DNA from: Macrostomum lignano
Taxonomy: Eukaryota
DNA: 64,000 nucleotides
NCBI GenBank assembly: GCA_002269645.1
Contig: NIVC01001751.1
Span: 178,127 to 242,126 of the forward strand
Reading direction: 5' to 3'
This document shows positions 13,810 through 24,882 of the stretch, piece by piece. The notes under the pieces were generated by a model. That model worked only from the letters and a program-made list of their open reading frames with translations, was not told where the DNA came from and made no database searches. The number at the start of each line of letters is the position of its first letter. The first letter of the stretch is position 1. Made by a program: the position numbers and the translations under genes.

Positions 13810-14072
13810 GATTGGTTGCTATGCTATCAGACTCAAGTCAGCTGTTCCACTTGCTATTAGGCCAGGTGTTTTTTTTACCAATTTCGCTGCTCTGGGGATC
13901 AGAGCGTTTTCTATATTGGACAAACGAAGACACACCTGCACACTATAGAGCTGGGGAACACTTGCTAAAAAACTTCAAGATTATTGAAGCTTCGTGTATC
14001 AGAATGCACAAATCCAACTTGAATGTGCAGCTAGCTGGCAATGGGGTGGAGCGTGAGCTCAAAGTACTGTGA
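13810..14072 (+). mobile_element. Decayed Penelope-like retroelement, GIY-YIG endonuclease C-terminus
   Basis: With frameshifts reads LKSAVPLAIRPGVFFYQFRCSGDQSVFYIGQTKTHLH.YRAGEH...NFKII.EASCIRMHKSNLNVQ...LKVL*, matching the PLE pattern GVVY.F.C...YIGQT.R.L..R..EH ... ES..I....P.LN.Q. Confidence 0.7.
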
Positions 14073-14872
14073 GCAGTGCCGTGTCAATTCTCTCGCTCCC
14101 TCCCGTTCTGTATTTTTATTCGTTTTAAAACTTTACCAGACTGTTTTGACCTGTTTTTGGAGTGTACAGCTTGTTGTTCTTAAATATACTGGTGTGCTAA
14201 GATCACTTGGATTGAATTAGTCTATGATAGACGAAATGCGTTGGCAACAAATAATTTAAGTCTTCTCTTGCTTTTGGCAAATATCGGCTGATGTCCACTT
14301 GAGCTTGATTCATTCCAGTTGCACTTGTGATGCCGACTTCTTTCATTTGCTCCGTTGGCGTCGTAGCCAAATTGTCGCTAACAGCGGTTGCAACCTTCAT
14401 TAGGGTCCAACCAGGCTCATCAGCAGTCTCGAAATTGGTCAGAAACTTAATAAAACCTTCAGTTCACTTGCAAAATAATCCCAGCTGACGAGACTCCATC
14501 TAGGCTATCCACTGGCAGATTCTTCCAGTTGATTGAGGGCAGTTTTTCCCTGAGGGTTTTTTCATGTTTCTCTTTTCAATTTCTTTCCTTCCTTGGACTT
14601 TGATACTGATTTTCTGCCACCAACTCTTCGCTGATCTTTAGTGAATGGTTATCAACTAATCTGCCCCGTAACCAAATATTTATCCAAAATCAGCCAATCT
14701 GCTGGCAGTGGAAATTAGTCTATGGTAAGAAGAAACATCTGCCTTATTTAATACGAGTAGCGTGACTCGAGTATTCTATCACGAGTCAATGAGCCGATGA
14801 GACAATGAGATCTGTAACGAGTGGCTGCTGATTATTATTTAAGTATGAAATCATATATATAATCTACCATTA

Positions 14873-15370
14873 GCTGTGAGTCATTGACTATGATTTATTG
14901 AGTATGGCTCATTGACTATGACTCATTGACTATGACTCATTGATTATGACTCATTGATTATGATTCACCGACTTTGACTCATTGACTATGACTCATTGAC
15001 TATATAACTCATTGACTATGACTCAATGTCTATAACTCATTGACTATGACTCACTGACTATGACTCACTGAGTATGACTCTTTGAATATGACTCATTAAC
15101 TTTGACTCATTGACTATGAGTCACTGACTATAATTCATTGACTATGACTCACTGACCATAACTCATTGATTATGACTCACCGACTTTGACTCATTGACTA
15201 TGACTCATTGACTATAATTCATTGACTATGACTCACTGACTATGACTCACTGAGTATGACTCTTTGAATATGACTCATTAACTTTGACTCATTGACTATG
15301 AGTCACTGACTATGACTCGCTGACTATGACTCACTGATTATGAATCCTTGACTATGACTCATTGACTTTA
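14873..15370. repeat. 14-bp minisatellite
   Basis: Unit ACTCATTGACTATG, degenerate. Confidence 0.9.
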
Positions 15371-15609
15371 CAGGTCAAGTCCGTGTTTCGAGACGTTTAA
15401 TTGGTAGAAAACACTCTAAAATTCTCGTAGAATCAAGTCCGGTACCTCTGGGACAAGCGATAGATGCGATATTCTTCACCGAGTCCTTTCTCTGCCTCTC
15501 CCATCTGCATATCACAGTCCTTAGGACAGACTGGGGCAGGCGGACTCTGCTTACTCAGCAACCCAAGCAACTAAAGCTGCCACACATGGAGAGCCTACAG
15601 ATTATCAGG

Positions 15610-15623
15610 GTCGCTATGGCAAC
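15610..15623. promoter_or_regulatory. RFX X-box upstream of CUB-TM gene 1
   Basis: GTCGCTATGGCAAC fits the X-box consensus GTYNCY-AT-RGNAAC; about 310 bp upstream of ATG 15934. Confidence 0.7.
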
Positions 15624-15933
15624 AGAGAGACTCTTGCAGTCTAGGAAAGGGAGAGAGATGGAAAAAGTAAGGGAAGTGCGGGGTTGGGACTAAAAGCCCA
15701 ATATTCATGCGGTGCATTGGGCCATTGATTTTTTACCTTAGTAAAAAAAGCTGCTTTCATCGACTTTCGAGGCTGCTCTATTGGAGCAGCTGGCGCTAGA
15801 TGGGGCCACCAGAGGCAAATAAAAAGCACGAGGAAGAAACAGAATCACATGGAGGCTGGAGCTGGGATAGGCGGGAGAAACTTATGCAATAAATGCATTG
15901 TCTCAGCCTGCGCGAGCCTGACGGTGCGGAGCG

Positions 15934-18900
15934 ATGGCCTGTGCCAGCAGGATCCTGCGGGCGGCAGTCGCCATCTGCTGCGGTCTTCTGCTCCTGCCTG
16001 GACCAGCGCAAGCGGAATCCTGTGAGTAGCCGCGGCCCTGCACTTTTACACCTGTCCACCTGACTGTCCATATACTAAAAATGGTCTGTCGGTATGTGTG
16101 TGATCGATTTTAGCAAAAACGGCTCAACCGATTTTCTTCGAACTTGCACTGTTCGATCAGAAATTTTCCCGTGACGGTACATGCATCGTGGCTAAGAAAT
16201 TGCTCGATGCTAAAGGCATTAAATATTCGAAAAACATGCTTTTTTGCAAAGGTCAAGCAAACTTTTCGACTTGAAATGCATTGTAAGAATGCTAGAGAAA
16301 AAACTGACTGGTTGAATTCTGATTCTGAAATAGATTGCATCATAACTGAATTGTAACTCCGACTTGAATTGAAATGCAGTGTGGAAGCGTAGCACCAGAC
16401 TTGATTTAAATTGCGTAACCATATTGTTAACTGATACTGACTGACTGAGAAACTGATTATGTCATAACTGCTTCGTGTGATTTACTCTATGCTTGGATTT
16501 AAAAGTGTTGAGTTATATAAGTGCAAAAGTTGATGTTATCAAAACGATGAGAGCTAGCCTAAAGGTGAACAAACTAAACTGCTAAATGCAGCGACGATGG
16601 TTCGAATTTTCATAGAGTATAATTTTTTTAATTAAAGCTTTTCAACGTCAGGAAAACTAAAAGACTTTTTAAAAAGAAGCGTCATGTAAAAATCATAGAA
16701 GCGTCATATAAAAAATCATAGTAGCGTCATATAAAAATCATAGATGCGTCATTTAAAAAATCATAGAAGCGTCATAAAAAAATCATAGATGCGTCATTTA
16801 AAAAATCATAGAAGCGTCATGTAAACAATCATAGAAGCGTCATGTAAACAATCATAGAAGCGTCATGTAAACAATCATAGAAGCGTCATGAAAACAATCA
16901 TAGAAGCGTCATGTAAACAATCATAGAAGCGTCATGTAAACAATCATAGAAGCGTCATGTAAACAATCATAGAAGCGTCATGTAAACAATCATAGAAGCG
17001 TCATGTAAACAATCATAGAAGCGTCATGTAAAATATCATAGAAGCGTCATGTAAACAATCATAGAAGCGTCATGTAAACAATCATAGAAGCGTCATGTAA
17101 ACAATCATAGAAGCGTCATGTAAAAAATCATAGAAATGCCATGTAAAAAATCATAGAAGCGTCATGTAAAAAATCATAGAAGCGTCATGTAAACAATCAT
17201 AGAAGCGTCATGTAAACAATCATAGAAGCGTCATATAAACAATCATAGAAGCGTCATGAAAACAATCATAGAAGCGTCATATAAAAATCATAGAAGCGTC
17301 ATGTAAAAAATCATTGAAGCGTCATGTAAACAATCATAAAGCGTCATGTAAAAAATCATGGAAGCGTCATGTAAAAATCATAGAAGCGTCATGTAAACAA
17401 TCATAGAAGCGTCATGTAAACAATCATAGAAGCGTCATGTAAAAAATCGTAGAAGCGTCATATAAAAATCATAGAAGCGTCATGTAAAAAATCATAGAAG
17501 CGTCATGTAAAAATCATAAAGGCGTCATGTAAAAATCATAGAAGCGTCATATAAAAATCATAGAAGCGTCATATAAAAATCAAAAAACGCCATTTAAAAA
17601 ATCATAGAAGCGTCATTTAAAAACTAATGAAAGTGTCATTTAAAAAAAATAAGAAGCATCATGGTAGAATAAAAGAAGCGTCATGTCAGACATGAAGGGT
17701 GTCATGGAAAAATTAAATGCAGCTATAATGCTGTGCTGGGGAGAAAAACTGAGACGTCAAGGCTCTCAGAAAATAACTGAGATTACGGGGGGGGTTTCTA
17801 AGATGTCAAAGCAAAAGCCAGAAGCTAATTCAAAGTTCATGTACTTTACTCAATTTTTTTATTGCATTCTTTGTTGGCTCGCCACGGGGGGGGGCGCTGA
17901 TAGAAGAAGAGTCATGTAAAAAATAAAAGTAGCACTATGTATACATAAAAGAAGAGTCATGTCGAAGTTAAAAGATTCATTTGGGAATTGCTACGATGTC
18001 AAAGCTTGGTGGAAATCGTTATAGTGCTGTGATTCTTAAAGAAGGAATCACTAAAATGTCAAGGCTTAGGGGAGAAGAATTGCTGAGATTTCAAGGCTTT
18101 AGGTTGGGTTAAAGTTAGGTTTAGGTCAGGTGTGGGTTGAGGGTTATATTTTATCGGGTTTCAAGGTTAGCAGGGGATTTTTCAGATTTCAAGGTTTATG
18201 GGCGCCATCGCTGACATGTTAAGGCTTACGGGGGGAGTAGCTGAGATGTCAAGGCTCACGGGGGTATAAATGAGATTTCAAGGCTAAAGTCAGAAGCTAC
18301 ATGTAGTTTATTTAAAACTTTTTATTACATTATTTGATGCCTCCTCAGGGGAGGGATCGCTGATAAAAAAAGTGTAATGTAAAAAATAAAAGAAGCTTCA
18401 TGTCGAAGTTAAGAGATTCATTTGGGAATCCCTACGATGTCGAGGCTTGCAGGGAATCGCTATAATGCTGTAGTAGTGCTATAATGACTCTTAGAGAGAA
18501 TTATTACTGAAATTTCAATGCTTTAGGGTTAGGTTAGGGTTAGGGTTAGGGTTAGGGTTAGGGTTAGGGTTAGGGTTAGGGTTAGGGTTAGGCTAGGGTT
18601 AGGGTTAGAAGGTTGACAGATATTTTTAGATTTCCAAGGCTTATTGGGGGCATTGCTGAGATGTCAAGGGGGGAGTTGATATGTTAAAGCTTGTGGGGGG
18701 GGGAATTACTGACATGTCAAGGCTTACAAGGTTTGACAGGAGATTTTTTAAGATTTCAAGGATACATGTAGCTTATTAAAAAAACGTGTATTGCATTTCT
18801 TTGGCTCCCCAACGGGAGGCGTAGATTGCTAGTCTTGGAACTACTTTCGTCTGTGCCCTATCCGCAGGCGACTACGTCTCCACTGCAGCTGGACCCTGCG

Positions 18901-21900
18901 ATGCCACTGCCACTCAAGGCAGCTGCGCCGACTACTATCAAGCGTTCGCTGACACGTCCTACCAGTACATCCGGAGCCCTAACTATCCCGGCCCCTATGC
19001 TGAGTGAGTCGGCCTCCCACCTGTGATCTTGCACGGCTTCTCTTCTTCACTTTCTCCTTTCTTTCCTTCCCACCCGTCTCCAATCCTCTTCCCACCCGTA
19101 TCCAATCCTCTTCCCACCCGTATCCAATCCTCTTCCCACCCGTCTCCAATCCTCTTCCCACCCGTCTCCAATCCTCTTCCCACCGCCAATCCTCTTCTCC
19201 TCACCGAATCTCTTTTCCCAGCCGTCACCGAATCTCTTTTTCCAGCCGTCACCAAATCTCTTTCCCAGCCGTCACCAAATCTCTTTTCCCTGCCGTCACC
19301 GAATCTCTTTCCCAGCCGTCACCAAATCTCTTTCCCAGCCGTCACCAAATCTCTTTTCCCTGCCGTCACCGAATCTCTTTCCCAGCCGTCACCAAATCTC
19401 TTTCCCAGCCGTCACCAAATCTCTTTCCCAGCCGTCACCAAATCTCTTTTCCCAGCCGTCACCGAATCTCTTTTTCCCAGCCGTCACCGAATCTCTTTTC
19501 CCAGCCGTCACCGAATCTCTTTTCCCAGCCGTCACCGAATCTCTTTTCCCAGCCGTCACCGAATCTCTTTTTCCTAGCCGTCACCGACCTTCTTCCCATT
19601 CGCCTCCTGCACTCTTTTCACCTGTCTTTAACTCTCTGATTACTCTTAATCTCTTTAATTAGCAAAGCATCCCCCGCGCGACGCCCGCAGCAACCAGGTG
19701 TGCCGCTGGGTCCTGTCCGCCTGCCGCTGCTCCAATCCTCTCCGGCCGGAGGCAAAATTTCGCGTTGAATTCGAAGTGCTTGACTTTGAAATTCAGGACA
19801 GCCCATCCTGCACCCAGGACTTCGTAGAGGTTAAGGACGGTGAGCAATTAAATTGAAACAATTCATAGGCAGCTCTCAATTTGAATAATTAGCTATTCAA
19901 GTGCCCGTCATGAGCATCAAAGCTAATTTAATTGCGCAGGTTTATCTTATTTGTTGGTACTATAATTTAGCTATTAGGTCAATTAGTTTAATTGAAGTGA
20001 GAGCCGGCAACCCAGAATGCAGGCAGTCACAGCTCTATTCAAGGAGCTTCAGTTTAACAGAGGAATCCCCCCTCACAATGTTTTTTTACTGCGCCGGAAA
20101 TAAAGTTGCCAGCCCTTCGGACCGTCCAGATATTCAATGATTCTGCCAGAAAGTCGGATTTTCCCATAAGCGCCAGTGTACGCCAGTGTACGCCAGTGTA
20201 CGCCAGTGTACGCCAGTGTACGCCAGTGTACGCCAGTGTACGCCAGTGTACGCCAGTGTACGCCAGTGTACGCCAGTGTACGCCAGTGTACGCCAGTGTA
20301 CGCCAGTGTACGCCAGTGTACGCCAGTGTACGCCAGTGTACGCCAGTGTACGCCAGTGTACGCCAGTGTACGCCAGTGTACGCCAGTGTACGCCAGTGTA
20401 CGCCAGTGTACGCCAGTGTACGCCAGTGTACGCCAGTGTACGCCAGTGTACGCCAGTGTACGCCAGTGTACGCCAGTGTACGCCAGTGTACGCCAGTGTA
20501 CGCCAGTGTACGCCAGTGTACGCCAGTGTACGCCAGTGTACGCCAGTGTACGCCAGTGTACGCCAGTGTACGCCAGTGTACGCCAGTGTACGCCAGTGTA
20601 CGCCAGTGTACGCCAGTGTACGCCAGTGTACGCCAGTGTACGCCAGTGTACGCCAGTGTACGCCAGTGTACGCCAGTGTACGCCAGTGTACGCCAGTGTA
20701 CGCCAGTGTACGCCAGTGTACGCCAGTGTACGCCAGTGTACGCCAGTGTACGCCAGTGTACGCCAGTGTACGCCAGTGTACGCCAGTGTACGCCAGTGTA
20801 CGCCAGTGTACGCCAGTGTACGCCAGTGTACGCCAGTGTACGCCAGTGTACGCCAGTGTACGCCAGTGTACGCCAGTGTACGCCAGTGTACGCCAGTGTA
20901 CGCCAGTGTACGCCAGTGTACGCCAGTGTACGCCAGTGTACGCCAGTGTACGCCAGTGTACGCCAGTGACCAACGAAGTCAGAGCTGATGCAGACACATG
21001 CGGTCCACGTGCTGATGAAATTTGGGGGCTTTGCAAGGCCGCACCGAGGCGCAGTGCTGATTGGCGCACAGGGGTGTACTGAATACACTAGCGCTTATGG
21101 GAAAAATTCGACTATTTGACAGAATTGTTGAATATCTTGACGGTCCGGAGGGTTGGCGACTTGATTATTGTTTCAGAAGGTGCGCAGCAAAAAGTCAGCC
21201 CGTGGTCTGGAATTTCTTGTGCCTGCGTTGCTCCGTTCCGGTGAAGCAAAAAATTGTGAAGAGAGGGATTCCCCCTTTTGGTAGTTCTACTGCTAATGAC
21301 GTCATTTGATGCACTTATTGCCCTCACAGGAAAGCGCCTATGGGCCCACTCGTTTGGGCAATACTGCGGCAACAGCTGCGTCAAAGGCAACAGCAACAAC
21401 CTCACGCAGAGCACCGGTTTGCACCTGCTGGTCACTTTCCAGACCGATGTGTTCAACGCGAGACAGCCGCAGAAATATCGGGGCTTTCAGGCGCGCTATC
21501 GTTGTGTTGAGCTCGGTAAGCTGCTGCGAAGTCCCGTTTTAGAATTGGTTTGAGCAATCTGTAATCTGCGGAGCTGCTGTGGGTAATATAAACCAGTCTT
21601 TTAGAGCCAAGCCCCAAGGCAGTGGTCAGTGGAATGGGCATGGTGGCTGGCTGCAAACAAATCTGAGCAGTCATGCTTGATTTTCCGTAGTCGGTTTCGA
21701 ACGAATTTGAATAATTTCTGACATTTGTCTTTCTTTTTTGTTGTCCTGTTCGGTTTTTATTACTCTAGCATCGATGTGCAAGTAGTATAAGCAGAAAATG
21801 AACATTCAATTTTCTGACTTTTTGTTTAATTGACAGCAGAATATGATAGCCCTGTTTTGAGTCTCTTTTCTCAAAGGAGAGATCGATCCAGATTCTATTA

Positions 21901-22706
21901 CTGAAAGTTTGGTACCTCTGAAGAATTTGAATTCAGGGCTGAAAACTAAGAAATTTGAGTAATTAATTTGAATCTATCGATGCTCTGGCAACTTGCTGCA
22001 AATGTTTAGCTACAGGGAATAAGGGGTCGTGACTCAGTGGTCTGGCGCGGTGCTCTGATGTGCCAGCGGCCCAGGCTCGATTTCAAGTGCAGTCACATGA
22101 ATTTGGGGCTGAATTGGAATCCCGGCTTGGCTCTGCTCGTGCAATTAACGGTCTTTAGGGCCAAACCCCAAGGCACAGTGAAGTGTACATGCCTAACGAT
22201 AAATAAAGTTAGGGCCGCTGTACACTCCTGTGTGAGTGTGTGCCTGTGCGTATGACTGCGTACGTATCCGCGCGCTTGTGTGCCTGCCCAGGGGAGTCGG
22301 CGGAATGGGCAGCAATGCCTCTCGCCGGTTGTGTGACAATGTCGTCTGAAGTGCGCCAGAGCGCACAGCCCCTGCCTCTGTTTGTATATAGATACAGGGA
22401 ACAGTTTATATCGGCTACTATGGCATCGCAGTGAGCGCGAGCCCCTGTCAGCGGAATCAGAGTGGGAATGTGCTTCCTTGTTGTTGTTGTTGCTGCTGTT
22501 GCTTCTGTTGTTGTTGTTGTTCAGCAAAAACAGCCGATCATGCCGCAATGAATTCCGCAGAGACAACCGTGACGGACGCGCTGGTGCTGGGCCTGGCCAA
22601 CTACCTGCTGATTGCGGCCAGCTGCTGCCTGCTCGCCATCTTCACCGCTGCGGCCTCCGTGCTGGCGGTCCGAGAGCACAACAGAAACCACAGGCTGCTC
22701 AAATAA
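15934..22706 (+). CDS. Single-CUB-domain type I membrane protein, paralog 1 (~234 aa, 5 exons)
   Basis: Exons 15934-16021 (signal MACASRILRAAVAICCGLLLLPGPAQAES), 18868-19003 (CDY...YIRSPNYPGPYAD), 19691-19839 (NQVCRWVL...FEVLDFEIQDSPSCTQDFVEVKDG), 21330-21515 (KRLW...YCGN...LLVTFQTDV...YRGFQARYRC), 22561-22706 (TM LVLGLANYLLIAASCCLLAIFTAAASVLAV, short basic tail). All GT-AG, phases 1/2/1/1, total 705 nt. Confidence 0.9.
16675..17620. repeat. 23-bp minisatellite (~40 copies) inside the Helitron-like element
   Basis: Unit ATCATAGAAGCGTCATGTAAACA and A-tract variants. Confidence 0.95.
18523..18608 (+). repeat. Interstitial telomeric repeat (TTAGGG)n, ~14 units
   Basis: Near-perfect TTAGGG array seen directly. 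Confidence 0.95.
19050..19590. repeat. Two adjacent 22-24 bp pyrimidine-rich minisatellites in CUB1 intron 2
   Basis: CCCACCCGTCTCCAATCCTCTT units, then TTCCCAGCCGTCACCGAATCTCTT units. Confidence 0.9.
20062..21272. mobile_element. Foldback/MITE-like element with long inverted arms in CUB1 intron 3
   Basis: Left arm 20062-20180 is the reverse complement of right arm 21084-21272 (inner ~80 bp roughly 85% identical by eye; the right arm carries an insertion). Confidence 0.65.
20171..20968. repeat. Perfect 10-bp array (CGCCAGTGTA)n, ~80 copies
   Basis: No variant units seen. Confidence 0.98.
22026..22380 (+). mobile_element. tRNA-derived SINE copy in CUB1 intron 4
   Basis: Head GTCGTGACTCAGTGG (A-box-like) ... 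GGCTCGATTTC (B-box-like) with GTGACT/AGTCAC pairing; body shared with the copy in GPCR intron 1. Confidence 0.7.
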
Positions 22707-22911
22707 CCAGCCTAGTAGTTCGAAACTGATGCATACTAATGTTTTTCAATAGCTAAAAAAGAAACATCGTCTGAGAGATATAACAAATAAATTTTTTACA
22801 AATAAATTTCTAAACAGCAATTACAATTAAAGTGCTTAAGAACTGCCTAACATTGAAAAAGTTGACAGTTTTCTATAGTAGCTAGCTCAGTTTCAGTAAC
22901 AGTCAAAGTAG

Positions 22912-23232
22912 GCAGATGGGTAGATAGATATACAGGTAGGTAGATAGATGGATAGGTGGGTAGATAGATATACAGGTAGGTAGATAGATGGATAGGTGGG
23001 TAGATAGATATACAGGTAGGTAGATAGGTGAATAGGAGGGTAGATAGATATACAGGTAGGTAGATAGGTGGATAGGAGGGTAGATAGATATACAGGTAGG
23101 TAGATAGATGGATAGTTGGGTAGATAGATATACAGGTAGGTAGATAGATGGATAGTTGGGTAGATAGATATACAGGTAGGTAGATAGGTGGATAGTTGGG
23201 TAGATAGATATACAGGTAGGTAGATAGGTGGT
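22912..23232. repeat. ~40-bp GATA/GGTA-based minisatellite between the CUB paralogs
   Basis: GGTAGATAGATATACAGGTAGGTAGATAGATGGATAG units. Confidence 0.9.
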
Positions 23233-24688
23233 TAAGTAGTTAGGCAGGCTGGTGGGGAGTAGATCTCTCCGATACGCAGAAGTGTACAGGCGCGAACAAT
23301 TCTGCCTACAAGTGCACAAAAAAAGCACAGTTATTGTCAGTTTCAAAAACTCGAGAATCATTTTAAAAGACTAAGGAGACAAGCTGCATCAGATGCGGTG
23401 CACTATCAGCAGCTGGATCATGAAGGCGGCTTTTTCTGTACTGCCCCCCTTGTCCGCCCATAAATCCCCGGCCAGGCCCCGGCCACCCAGGCCCAGGGGC
23501 AGTGATGCCTTAACAATGCCCCTAACGCCTCGGGGGGAAACCCAATACGCAATCATCGTGTCAAACATCAACAGCTGTCTCTATCAATCTTTCTCTCGCT
23601 TCTGGTGTCCCTAATTCTTGAAAGCCGGGCAGATGTGCGGCCTCGGCCCCCCCTCAGGCAGCTGCCAGACTGCCCGATCCCGCTGCAAGGCTGGATGTAC
23701 TTGCCAAGCCTGCGCACTCAATTAGGGATACCAACTGGCATGACGAGTGCACTTTGGCAAGCGGGAAAAGCATTGAGTTGGCAATTGAAGCACTGATCAC
23801 GTTTAAAATCAATTATTATAATTGCTTCATTTGGGTGGCTCAAAATATATCTGTTGTCCCACTAATTCCTAATCTCATCCTCGCTCTCACACTTAATCTC
23901 ACCCTAATCGCATCCTTTCTCTCGTCTTCACTGTCACTTTAATCTTAAGCGCCCTCTCGTACTGAATCTCACTTGTGATCTCACCTTCTCTCTCACACTC
24001 AATCTCACCCTAATCTCTCTCTCCCTCCCTTTCATACTCAATTTCACTTCTAATCTCACTTTCTCCCACTCTATTTCACCCTAATCTCTTCCTGTTACAC
24101 TTAACCTCACCTCTAATCTCACCTTCCCTCTCACACTCAATCTCACCCCTAATCTCTCCCTCTTATTCTCAAAATCTCACTCGTCAACAGCAGCATCAAA
24201 CTTCAATTTTAGGCATGCCGCTTGAGTCCAACTTTTTGGCAGTATAATTTTAACCTTTACTATCTTGGTGACTCTGTGCAGTTTGCTGTACAGCTAGAGA
24301 CAATCTTCTTCTTTTGAAAGCTTCACATTTAACAACGTACTACTGAGGCTGCTCTAACTGAAGTGTGACATCTAGGAACTACTATGAATCCTTGATGAAG
24401 CATCTTGCGTCTGAAATTGAGTCTACCAGTCAAAATCCCAATGCAACGCAAAGTTTCTTCCCAACTCAATCCCAACTAAATGTCTTCCCAGTGTGTTTTT
24501 TCCCGTCTCTTCTACCCGGAGTGCAGCTGGGCGCTCCATCAAACTATTTCTCTCCTTCAATGAGTGTCCTGAGTTCACTGCCTCCCAGCCCGTCCCCTGC
24601 CTGCGTGGCTGGGAGCAGAGAAAAGAAAAGTGAAAGAGTGGGGGGAGGGGGAGAAGGACATTGCGCATGGGGAAGACAAAGGGGGCTT

Positions 24689-24702
24689 GTTGCCATGGTA
24701 AC
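24689..24702. promoter_or_regulatory. RFX X-box upstream of CUB-TM gene 2
   Basis: GTTGCCATGGTAAC, an essentially perfect X-box, about 180 bp upstream of ATG 24883. Confidence 0.78.
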
Positions 24703-24882
24703 AAAGGGATTTGAGGCTTGCTGAGTTTAGGGGTGGGTCTTTCTGCAAAGCTTAGCTCAACATTTTTGCGAGAGCTAGTTAGATGAAGCAGTTTAACTCA
24801 CGTGAGCAGTTCAGCTTGAGAACCTGACTCTGGAAGCATCAACTCAGAAGGAACCAGGAGCTGCAAACGCCGAAATTTTATC

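Larger units (their letters stand above)
16067..18832 (+). mobile_element. Non-autonomous Helitron-like element filling CUB1 intron 1
   Basis: 5' TCCATATACTAAAAATGG..CTGTC..AAAACGGCTCAACCGATTTT; 3' hairpin GCTCCCC-AAC-GGGAGGC then CTAG|T at 18829-18833. The same 3' end recurs reverse-complemented at 60648-60790. Removing it leaves an ~80-nt intron, comparable to the 105-nt paralogous intron. Confidence 0.65.

Noticed and set aside
14200-14660. Coding-looking minus-strand stretch with in-frame stops (also 12.8-13.1 kb and 37.2-37.7 kb)
   Set aside because: No recognisable motif; probably decayed TE sequence, but unsupported without a database search.
20054-21088. 270-344 aa ORFs on both strands
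   Set aside because: Perfect 10-mer array inside an intron.
22431-22560. Poly-cysteine extension of the last CUB1 exon
   Set aside because: A (TTG/CTG)n tract upstream of the acceptor; homology with CUB2 places the acceptor at 22560. An in-frame AG at 22524 remains a possible minor alternative.
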